From contig OY762209.1 of assembly GCA_963665295.1 (NCBI GenBank), positions 864,001 to 928,000 on the forward strand: a stretch of 64,000 bases of DNA, read 5' to 3'. The stretch comes from Syntrophorhabdaceae bacterium (GTDB lineage: Bacteria > Desulfobacterota > Syntrophorhabdia > Syntrophorhabdales > Syntrophorhabdaceae). The notes below the pieces were generated by a model, which made no database searches, was not told the origin of the DNA, and saw only the letters and a list, made by a program, of their open reading frames with translations. Below, piece after piece: positions 39,533 to 48,094 of the stretch. Position numbers and translations under genes: made by a program. How positions within the stretch are numbered: the stretch's first letter is position 1; each line of letters opens with the position of its first letter.

Positions 39533-40527
39533 ACATCACGCAATCGCTTGCCCATGAAGTGGGTATCCGCCCTGCCTGCAACGCCCTCGACGTATCCCGT
39601 GCGGGCTTTTACCGGTGGCAGCATCCGAAAGAGAAGGAACCTTTGAACCGTCTCTCTCCCTTGGCCCTCTCCTTCGGGGAACGGAACGATGTACTTGATA
39701 TCCTTCATTCGGACCGCTTCATCGATAAAGCACCCCGGGAAATCTACGCGGCCCTCCTGGACGAGAAGAGCTATCTCTGTTCAGTGCGCACCATGTACCG
39801 GATCCTTGAAGAAGAAGGTGAGCTGAAAGAAAGGAGGAGGCAGGTCTCCCGTCCCCGGTACGCAAAACCGGAGATCCTCGCGAAGGCGCCCAACGAGGCG
39901 TGGAGCTGGGATATCACGAAGCTCAAGGGTTCCGTAAAATGGACCTACTACTACCTCTATGTGATCCTCGACATCTACAGCCGCTATGTGGTGGGGTGGA
40001 TGGTGGCCCACAGGGAACTTGCCGCCCTTGCTCGCAAACTGATCGCGGAGACCTGCGAGAAGCAAATGATAGAGCCCGGTAAGCTCCTGATCCATGCGGA
40101 CAGGGGGTCGAGTATGACGTCGAAACCCGTCGCCCTGCTCATGGCCGATCTCGGGGTCACCAAGAGCCATTCGAGGCCTTCGGTCAGTAATGACAACCCC
40201 TATTCCGAATCTCAGTTCAAGACCATGAAGTACCGGCCCGAGTTCCCTCAAAGGTTCGGCTCCATTGAGGATGCCCGGGCCTTTTGCCAGACATTCTTCC
40301 CCTGGTACAATACCGAGCATTACCATTCGGGGATAGGTCTTCTCACCCCCGAGGACGTCCATTATGGAAGAGCGTTGAGGATCATTGAAGGTCGTACGGA
40401 CGTACTGCGGGCTGCGTATGAAAAACATCCGGAACGGTTCAAGGGGAGGATGCCGAAACCGGCGTCACTGCCTGACGCCGTCTGGATCAATAAGCCATTA
40501 TCAACGAGCGATGGCGGGGTACACTAA
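39529..40527 (+). CDS. IS3 transposase OrfB (rve integrase)
   Basis: WSWDIT, HADRGSSM, DNPYSESQFKT. Confidence 0.93.
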   Translation: MNITQSLAHEVGIRPACNALDVSRAGFYRWQHPKEKEPLNRLSPLALSFGERNDVLDILHSDRFIDKAPREIYAALLDEKSYLCSVRTMYRILEEEGELKERRRQVSRPRYAKPEILAKAPNEAWSWDITKLKGSVKWTYYYLYVILDIYSRYVVGWMVAHRELAALARKLIAETCEKQMIEPGKLLIHADRGSSMTSKPVALLMADLGVTKSHSRPSVSNDNPYSESQFKTMKYRPEFPQRFGSIEDARAFCQTFFPWYNTEHYHSGIGLLTPEDVHYGRALRIIEGRTDVLRAAYEKHPERFKGRMPKPASLPDAVWINKPLSTSDGGVH

Positions 40528-40581
40528 ATATCTGATGGAAGTGTCTCATTTTCATTGACACGTTCCGATTACCCCAAACTG

Positions 40582-42481
40582 TTACTTCTGTGCCAACTCA
40601 TGACACCCATCCCACCATTTCGTCAGATGGTCCGCATAGGGTTTGACCTGTTTTTCTATAACCTCTGCCCGTGATTCGCCTTGGTGGACAAGATGGAATC
40701 TCGAGTACTTTAGCCTCGTCATTCGCTTAAAAAGGATGTCCTGTTGGTTTCTCAAATTACGGGCCAGATCGATATTCTTCCCCGCCCGGGATAGCCCCAC
40801 CAGTGTCCATGCGTAGGCTTCGACAAGGCTCTCTTGGTCCGTTCGGGCCTCTGTCAGGTGTCGTGCTAACTGTAGTATCGCAAATATATTGCCGTTCATC
40901 GCTGCGTTGACATACCAGTATTCCGCCTGCTTAGGATCCCGCTCAACTGCTCCTCCCTGTTTATAAAGGTCGCCCAATTCTTTCTGGGCGTCAGGCAGGC
41001 CTTCTGCGGCCGCTTTTCTCAATAAACGGATGCGTTCCTCGATAGTGTTGCGCTGCGAACGCTTCAGGTCGATATACATCGTGTAGTGGGCCTTAGCATT
41101 GCCGTATTCGGCGCTTTTGGCGAACCAGTGTTTGGCCTCTACATCGTCCCGACAAGTAAAGACACCAACATGCTTCCCCGTCTCCGGTTTGAGCCTTTGG
41201 GGTGAGTTGCTTTACGAGTCCCCTATCGAGAGATGACTTGTAGATTCCAACTACACCTCCTAAACGGAGGAGTGCAATGAACACAATCACTAGTGTAGTG
41301 TCTCAGTAACGCCTTTACAGCGATTCACTTTTTCAAGTATCTCCTCGGCCTTCCTGGTCCATACGAAGGGTTTGGGGTCTTCGTTGTTGCAGCGAATATA
41401 TTCTTCGATGGCGGTCACCAGTTCCTGAACGCTTTTGAAGATGCCGCGACGAATTCTCTTTCGTGTGATCTCCCCGAACCAGCGCTCCACCAGGTTAAGC
41501 CACGACGAGCTTGTGGGTGTAAAGTGGGGAACGAAACGGGGGTGTTTTTCGAGCCATGCTTTCACATTGGGGTGGGTATGAGTTCCGTAGTTGTCGAGAA
41601 TCATATGGACATCGAGGCCCTTTGGCACCTGACGGTCTATGGTACGCAGGAACTTAAGAAATTCGGTATTTCTGTGGCGGGGATAGCAGGAGCCTATGAC
41701 TTTTCCTTCCAGAACATTGAGGGCGGCAAAAAGACAGGTAGTGCCGTTCCTTTTGTAGTCGTGGGTCATCGTGCCGCAGCGCCCCTTCTTCATCGGTAAT
41801 CCCGGCTGGGTCCGGTCCAGGGCCTGCACCTGGCTTTTCTCATCCACACAGAGTACCACCGCTTTGTCGGGAGGATTGAGATAGACGCCCACCACATCGG
41901 TCAGTTTCTCCACGAACTTCTTGTCTCTGGACAGCTTGAAAGTTTCTACCCGATGGGGCTGTAGTCCATGGGCATCCCAGATGCGCTGCACGGTGGCATG
42001 GCTCACGCCCTTCTCCTTTGCCATGGTGCGGGTGGACCACTGAGTAGCATCTTTGGGAGTTGTATGGAGCGTGGCTTCCACGATGGTGCGCACTATCTCC
42101 GGGTTAAGGCGCCTTGAACTCGGCCCATGGGGTGCGTCCTCCGACAAACCGGAGGGGCCCTGTTCTCTGAAGCGGCCTACCCACAATATCACCGTAGGGC
42201 GGGAGGTATTGAGCCTCTTCGCTATGGCGTTATGGGACATCCCTTCTGCCGCGAGCAGGCAGATGCGGGAGCGTAGAACCACCCTTTGGGGAGTCTTCTT
42301 TGCTTTGACCCATGTTTCCAATGTCTTTCTCTGCTCTTCCGTCATGTCTAGCGTACTGGCTGGATTCCACATGCACTATGATAGCATAGCCAAGGGTAAT
42401 TGTAAAGCTATTAGTGAGCCAGTACACTAGCAAGGCCAGCAACAGGCCTCCGCTCAGTAAAAAAATGTTTCGTCCTTTCAC
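40582..42481 (-). pseudogene. Sel1-repeat exported protein gene, split by IS630 and frameshifted
   Basis: MKGRNIFLLSGGLLLALL|VIVFIALL joins in frame across the IS; a further frameshift near 41150 leads into EAKHWFAKSAEYGNAKA...AAAEGLPDAQKELG. Confidence 0.75.
41290..42430 (-). mobile_element. IS630-family element, copy A2 (transposase 41290-42372)
   Basis: Protein identical to copy A1; CTAG at both junctions. Confidence 0.95.
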
Positions 42482-42523
42482 TCTGCCACCTATCGGCTAG
42501 GCGGGACGTACCCAACCCATGCC

Positions 42524-42913
42524 CTATTTTTGGGCAGTCGCTTTTCTTTCATCGAAGACTTCTTTTGCAATGAGAAGGGCGTTCATGGAGAGAACCATGC
42601 CGGCGCTTGGAATGATCTGCAGCAGTACTTCAATAATTTCCTTTTCTGAGCAGCCTACATTCAGGGCTGAGTTGATGTGAACTTTCACCTGAAGTGGTGC
42701 GGTACCCATGGTTGCCATGCTGGCCAGTGCAATCATTTCTTTTGTCTTCAGGTCTAATCCTGAGCGACTATAGATATCTCCAAAAACAAATTCCACCAGA
42801 TATTGAGCAAAATCGGGGGATATTTCTTTCATCGTTTCAATTACTCTTGTTCCTATTTCACCTTCCATCTCTGTAATTTTTGCTAATCCTCTCCGGTATC
42901 TCTCAGAATCCAT
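42524..42913 (-). CDS. Carboxymuconolactone decarboxylase family protein, copy 2
   Basis: Protein identical to 29823-30212. Confidence 0.88.
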   Translation of the reverse strand: MDSERYRRGLAKITEMEGEIGTRVIETMKEISPDFAQYLVEFVFGDIYSRSGLDLKTKEMIALASMATMGTAPLQVKVHINSALNVGCSEKEIIEVLLQIIPSAGMVLSMNALLIAKEVFDERKATAQK

Positions 42914-43044
42914 TCCATGACCTCCAATATTCTTTTGGTGACCTGCTTCATGTCTACGTCACTATTACCATTTCTGTTCCAGCCGTACAAGACAAAAGGC
43001 AGAATTGAGGACATGTTCGGAAAGGAAGGACAGCCCCCTCTGAA

Positions 43045-43371
43045 ACCCTACGGGCCCTCCTTATGGGTAAGGAACAAAAGTACTTGTTCACTTTTCTTCG
43101 CCATCCAGGCGTCCCTCCGACCAACAACCAGGCAGAGCAGTCAATCCACTTTCTTGTAATCTTCCGGAAGATCATGTTCGGCACACGCTCGAAAAAAGGA
43201 TTGAGAACCCACAGCATTCTGCCGAGCCTTGTGCTTACCTCCTTGAGACAGGGACATAAGCCGAGGGAGTTCCTGGAGATACTTCTCACTTCCGACACGA
43301 AGACCGCACAGAGGGTCTGTATCGCAATTCAAGTCGATGAGTTGGTCGGAGGTGGAGGACTAAACTGTTGC
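43045..43371 (+). mobile_element. IS66-family 3' remnant with right end, second variant
   Basis: PPTNNQAEQSI...RKIMFGTRS; ends GGACTAAACTGTTGC. Confidence 0.72.
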
Positions 43372-44031
43372 CCTGTTACATGGTCTCTCCCTTATAGTTT
43401 TCCCCACTCCGTTGTGTAGTCCGCCGGTCTAAGATACCGCACTTTCTCAACAAATATCTTTCCCTCAAGTACCTTCTCCAGGGCCTCTTCTCTTAGAATT
43501 CGTTTCCCACGGAACTGATCCGAGAGGTCCTTTAGAAACATGAGATTGTCCGGCAAGATGTCTTTGTAGGGTTGAATCCCCCGCTCCCTTACGTGAATGT
43601 GTTGCAGATAGCCGCCTAGTATGCGGTAGATTACATATGTGTCATCCCACTCGCTTTTGTCATTTCCCCATGAGACCCATTCGTCGAAGGGAATTGGCAT
43701 CTGACCAATAACGCCAATGACATTTTCGGAAGTGGGCGATTCCTTATTCCATGGAAATGGGGCGATGAGAACTATGTCGCCGATTGCAAATTTTGCGGCG
43801 TAGTTATGTGGATCAGGAGAAACGGACCCATCCCTCGTGTTCTCACAGTAACCATCTTGTTCACAAGCAGTAAAGCAATGGATCAGTCTTGCTTTTCTAT
43901 CGAATGTCCAGATGCGCTCGTCGTCCCAGGGAGATGTATCGTTAATGCCATAAGAGATTATTTCACTCAGGAAGATGTCATTGTCCTCGATACTGACCCC
44001 CGATGTCAATAGTGGACACCAATAATGTCTC

Positions 44032-44892
44032 TCACGCCGCCCTTTTCTGGGCATAGTATCTTCTTGCGTATGCCGCAGGAGATAAATAGTCGAGCCGTTT
44101 CTGGCGCCTCTCCCGGTTATAGAAGACTTCTATATACTCGGTAATCTCCCCGGTCGCCTCATCCCTCGTATGGTAATTACGGTGATGGATAAGCTCATTT
44201 TTCAACGTACCCCAGAAGCTTTCCATGGGCGCGTTGTCGTAGCAGTTGCCCCTTCTGCTCATTGAAGCTTTCATGCCGAACTGCAGGAGTAGTCTCTGAT
44301 ATTCAGTAGAGCAGTACTGGCTTCCCCGATCCGAGTGGTGGATCAGGCCTTTCGGTGGCTTTCTTACTGCCACTGCTCTTATGAGAGACCTAAGCACAAG
44401 CTCCCTGGTCATTCTCGCCCCCAGGGCGTAGCCCACGATCTCCCCGGTAAAAAGGTCCTTGTGGGCGGCACAGTAGAGCCAGCCCTCATCGGTAGGGATG
44501 TAGGTGATATCGCTGACCCACACCTCGTCGGGAGCCTCCACGGTAAAATCCTGATCAAGGATGTTCTCCGCCACGGGGAGCGAATGATTCGAGTCTGTGG
44601 TGGTTTTGTACTTCTTCACTTGTTTACACCGTATACCGAGCCTCTTCCTTATCCGTCTGATCCTTGAGATGCCCACCTTTACGCCATGCCCGGCAAGATC
44701 CTTTTGCAGTCTCTCGGGACCGCAGGTCTTCCGGGTTCTTTTGTGAGCAGCTTTTATCTCTATCTCCAGCCGTTCTTCCTCCTGGGCGCGTCGCGAAAGC
44801 GGGCGGTTAAACCATGCATAGTAACCGCTTCGAGATACTTCGAGTACCTGACAGAGAAGGGCAAGGGGATATTTGAGTCGCAGGATTTTCAC
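44032..44892 (-). CDS. IS3 transposase OrfB
   Basis: WVSDITY, HSDRGSQY, NCYDNAPMESFW. Confidence 0.93.
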   Translation of the reverse strand: MKILRLKYPLALLCQVLEVSRSGYYAWFNRPLSRRAQEEERLEIEIKAAHKRTRKTCGPERLQKDLAGHGVKVGISRIRRIRKRLGIRCKQVKKYKTTTDSNHSLPVAENILDQDFTVEAPDEVWVSDITYIPTDEGWLYCAAHKDLFTGEIVGYALGARMTRELVLRSLIRAVAVRKPPKGLIHHSDRGSQYCSTEYQRLLLQFGMKASMSRRGNCYDNAPMESFWGTLKNELIHHRNYHTRDEATGEITEYIEVFYNRERRQKRLDYLSPAAYARRYYAQKRAA

Positions 44893-45197
44893 GATCGCGT
44901 ACCTTTGAGCGACTCTCTGGCAAAGTACGCGGTCGCGTTTTTTAAAATATCGCGCTCCATCTTGAGCTCAGCTATCTCACGCTTCAGGCGGGCCACTTCC
45001 ATGTCCTGGTCCGTCGCCTGACCTCGCGTTACCACAAGGCCGCCCCTTTTTGCCTGGGCTACCCACCGAGCGAGGGTTGACTTCGCAAGTGACAGTCTTC
45101 TGCCTACCTCAGGTATGCCGAGACCGCCCTCCGTCACCATTCTTACCGCTTCCTCTTTGAACTCTTTTGTAAACACTCCTCTGGGAATCTTTGCCAC
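44889..45197 (-). CDS. IS3 transposase OrfA
   Basis: FTKEFKEEAV...ELKMERDILKNATAYFA; GTG start after GGAGG. Confidence 0.88.
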   Translation of the reverse strand: MAKIPRGVFTKEFKEEAVRMVTEGGLGIPEVGRRLSLAKSTLARWVAQAKRGGLVVTRGQATDQDMEVARLKREIAELKMERDILKNATAYFARESLKGTRS

Positions 45198-45410
45198 TCG
45201 GACACCTCCGTTATGTATCCATATTGTACCGCATATGGTGTCCACTATATCCATCCTAACTCATACTGATCAGTCTGATAAAATCGTAGGCAGAATCATA
45301 CGAGTCAAAGACCCCTTCTTCGTAATAGCTCCTTCCACCTGTCTCGTATGATACATACTTTCTTGCAATGAATGCTTTGCTCATTCTTCTGTACCTCCGT
45401 TCGCTACAGA

Positions 45411-45968
45411 CTACTTAGTGGAGTCACGTTTCTGTTTAGACTTCGGCTCAAGCTGCAGAAGCACATCTTGTACGGTCCGCGCTATTGCCGCGGCCATTTC
45501 CTGAGTCGCGAAGCCCGATGCACGGTAGGCCCGGCCAAGCAACACTTTTTCGCTTTTTATTTCGTACAGGAAGACTTCTATCCTTGTCCCATCCCCGGCC
45601 ACAGAATACCGGCCGAAAACAAGATAATGTATTCGGCTTGGGCCCCAGTACCCTCTGACAGGTAAGGGTCGGTCATTCCCGGTCCGGACAAACCCTCTAC
45701 TGGAAAGAGTTTCTAATTGTTCGCCCTCAGGACAATAGAACGCATAGTCAAAAACGCGACTCTTTTCAAGACTGGAGATTATTTGTCGCCTTATATCCAT
45801 ACTTTCGTGGCCGCCATCTGCCTCTTCGAAGGGGAACAAGGCAATTGAGACAAAAAGATCCTGGACGTCTAACGGATGCTTCCATATATGCTCTCGCGCA
45901 GACACAGAACTTGCGACGACAAGTATGGCAAGAATGGCAATTACCAATCCGGCAGAAAGACAAAGCAT
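45411..45968 (-). CDS. Exported protein resembling the TolB N-terminal domain
   Basis: Signal peptide; IALFPF...YLVFGRY...IEVFLYE......LGRAY. Confidence 0.55.
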   Translation of the reverse strand: MLCLSAGLVIAILAILVVASSVSAREHIWKHPLDVQDLFVSIALFPFEEADGGHESMDIRRQIISSLEKSRVFDYAFYCPEGEQLETLSSRGFVRTGNDRPLPVRGYWGPSRIHYLVFGRYSVAGDGTRIEVFLYEIKSEKVLLGRAYRASGFATQEMAAAIARTVQDVLLQLEPKSKQKRDSTK

Positions 45969-46021
45969 AGGCGTTCCTCTAATAATACCTCCTTTCAGAC
46001 CGGGTTTGGAGTAACAGGGCG

Positions 46022-46543
46022 TTAATGAGTAACCTCTTTCTTTATTTTGAATGTCCCAGCAGGATAAAACGCGACAGCGCCTTCCAGGGAGCATGATTTT
46101 TGGAGTTCCCTTATATAAGATTCCAAGGGGAGATCGGAGACTTTGTAACGGAAACCATAGAAGATGGTATTGCCCGATATGTCCCTCCAGTAGTCCATCC
46201 AAGGATGAGTTTCCCACGACATTCCGCCAGGCGTAATTTCATGACTCGGTTTTTGTCCTCGATTAACGGGATCATCTGTCAATCGTTGCCAACCCCTCGA
46301 CTTCATTACATCAGTCATCTGATTTATCATATTATTCGGCGGATAACACGTTGCTATATTATACGAGGCCTGATAGGTATTCGCGTCGCGGGTGTAACGA
46401 AGATTCTGAGCCCCTTGAGGTACCCAGATGCTGTTTTGCACGTATTCAGGCCAACCATGATGACTCTGTTGCGCGTTACAACTGCTGCATATTAGCAATA
46501 AGAGAATGGAGATAACAACTCTTATTCCGTTACTATTCCTCAC
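46022..46543 (-). CDS. Hypothetical lipoprotein
   Basis: GTG after GGAGG; ILLLLICSSC lipobox-like sequence. Confidence 0.6.
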   Translation of the reverse strand: MRNSNGIRVVISILLLLICSSCNAQQSHHGWPEYVQNSIWVPQGAQNLRYTRDANTYQASYNIATCYPPNNMINQMTDVMKSRGWQRLTDDPVNRGQKPSHEITPGGMSWETHPWMDYWRDISGNTIFYGFRYKVSDLPLESYIRELQKSCSLEGAVAFYPAGTFKIKKEVTH

Positions 46544-46710
46544 ATTACCTCCTCGTGGGGGTGACAATAGGCGATGACCTCGATCATAGAGACCCAATAT
46601 GATTCGTCTATCTGGCCGGACGACCGGCCGGTTACAGAAGACGATGCGCATCCATTTGCGAGTGCCACCAGGCACAGCAGCAAAGCACCGTAAGTAAGGC
46701 CTCTCATCAC
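46540..46710 (-). CDS. Small (56 aa) lipoprotein-signal ORF, absent from the ORF track
   Basis: AAGGAGG RBS; MRGLTYGALLLCLVALANGC...; GTGA overlap with the next gene. Confidence 0.55.
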   Translation of the reverse strand: MMRGLTYGALLLCLVALANGCASSSVTGRSSGQIDESYWVSMIEVIAYCHPHEEVM

Positions 46711-46847
46711 AACCTCCTTTTCCCCATTATCGACCCCTGTAAAGTTTGCACGAGGTTCCGTTTGTATTCAAACGAACTACCGTATCTTTAGTGACAATGT
46801 ACTCAGGTCTATACCCTGATGTCCCCCTGGAGATACGGCGAAGAGTG

Positions 46848-47240
46848 TTACGGAGTTTTAGTCCTGTTGATTTCGACTACCCTGTCATCATTGTCGTAGG
46901 TTATGGAGACATAGTGGGTGCTTCCCGAAAGGCCTTCCACGGGGGTGCCTATGAACTCCCACAGTCCGAGGGTGAATATGTCCATGACGACATGGAACAC
47001 GGCCCTGCCCGGGCTCGGCTCGTTTCCCGTTTCATATTTATAGATGCAGAGCAGTTGACCGTTGGGCAGAGACGTGGTTTTGATGGGAGCGGAGCCTATA
47101 TTAAGCTCAACCTCCCCCTTCTTCACCTTCTCCTTCACGCCCCCCAGATTGGGGTCGGGTTTCCCTGATATTGCCATGCCCACGGAGCATCCATAGAGAC
47201 TTCCCAGAATGAGGCAGCACAGCAACATCTTTTTCATCAC
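46848..47240 (-). CDS. Hypothetical lipoprotein
   Basis: LYGC lipobox; CSVGMA...H.VMDIFTLGLWE..GTP.E. Confidence 0.75.
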   Translation of the reverse strand: MMKKMLLCCLILGSLYGCSVGMAISGKPDPNLGGVKEKVKKGEVELNIGSAPIKTTSLPNGQLLCIYKYETGNEPSPGRAVFHVVMDIFTLGLWEFIGTPVEGLSGSTHYVSITYDNDDRVVEINRTKTP

Positions 47241-47358
47241 GGGCGCACCGGTCTTTCCTTATCCAAGAGTGTGAGATTACAGACAAACATACCACAGAAG
47301 GCGCGTATCCCTCTATGGATTTCCGCTAAGGGCCGCCGGGGGCCGGCGACGGAAACCG

Positions 47359-47748
47359 CTACCCTACCCACACCGTCCTGTTCCCTATGCCCGTAGTCAT
47401 GAGGGTCTGCATAAGACGAATACCTGCGAATTCCGTATACATATCATAGACTTCGTCAAGCAAATCAACAGCGTCCCCCTCCATGACGGACGGATCGAAG
47501 GCGCTGTCCGCGGGAATCCCCTGCTCTCCGAACTTCTCGTACGCCTCATAGAGCTTCGGCACGACGGGCCCGTATTCCCGGACCTCGATGGGGTCGTCGA
47601 AAAGAAGTTCGCCATAGAGATCGAGGTGAAACGCCTGGGCATCGCAGACCATTCTCTGGAGCTTGAGGTTCGATAACAACTCTTTGCCTTCCTCCTGCGC
47701 CTTGAAAAGGAAATAATCGGCAACCTGGGAAGCGGTATATTTTGACAT
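47359..47748 (-). CDS. Orphan Panacea/SocA (DUF4065)-like antitoxin, degenerate
   Basis: ASQVADYFL, LSNLKLQ, LFDDPIE..YGPVVPKLY; the C-terminal TH...PW motif is missing. Confidence 0.7.
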   Translation of the reverse strand: MSKYTASQVADYFLFKAQEEGKELLSNLKLQRMVCDAQAFHLDLYGELLFDDPIEVREYGPVVPKLYEAYEKFGEQGIPADSAFDPSVMEGDAVDLLDEVYDMYTEFAGIRLMQTLMTTGIGNRTVWVG

Positions 47749-48094
47749 AATTGTGTCCGGTCCTCCTGTTTTGTGTAATGGGGTATATTTGACTTGCGTG
47801 CTAGGTTTTAACACGGCCGGAGAGGCTTGTCAAGGTGCCATATATAATTGAAATGATTACACAAACAGTGCACAACCCGGCCCATACCCCATGGGCGGCC
47901 CTCCATGGGGTATAAGGGGCCATGGCTGAAAGGAATTACTTAACTAGAATCGCTTTTGTCCGATAAATAGAATTGACCATCATGAACAGAAGGCGGGTGT
48001 TGAAGGGGGGGCGGGATTAAGGACCGGACCACACGAACACGGGCCATAGTTCCTTGATGATCGGATACTTCTGCTGATAGTCAATCACATTGGA

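Larger units (their letters stand above)
39063..40562 (+). mobile_element. IS3-family element
   Basis: Inverted repeats CGTGCCAATATAAGTGAGACACTTCC and reverse-complement CGTGTCAATGAAAATGAGACACTTCC; exact ends uncertain. Confidence 0.85.
43994..45263 (-). mobile_element. IS3-family element with 3-bp target duplication TAC
   Basis: TG...ATAGTGGACACC inverted repeats at both ends; TAC at 43991-43993 and 45264-45266. Confidence 0.92.
43392..45384 (-). pseudogene. Hypothetical protein gene interrupted by IS3
   Basis: GGAGG RBS and ATG 45384 give MSKAFIARKY...FIRLIS|IEDNDIFLSE, in frame after removing the IS and one TAC copy. Confidence 0.8.

Noticed and set aside
27052..46740. Classical integron cassette array
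   Set aside because: No intI gene and no convincing RYYYAAC...GTTRRRY attC sites seen.
47885..47913. Hairpin ATACCCCATGG...CCATGGGGTAT
   Set aside because: Single copy between divergent genes with no U-tract; no function can be supported.
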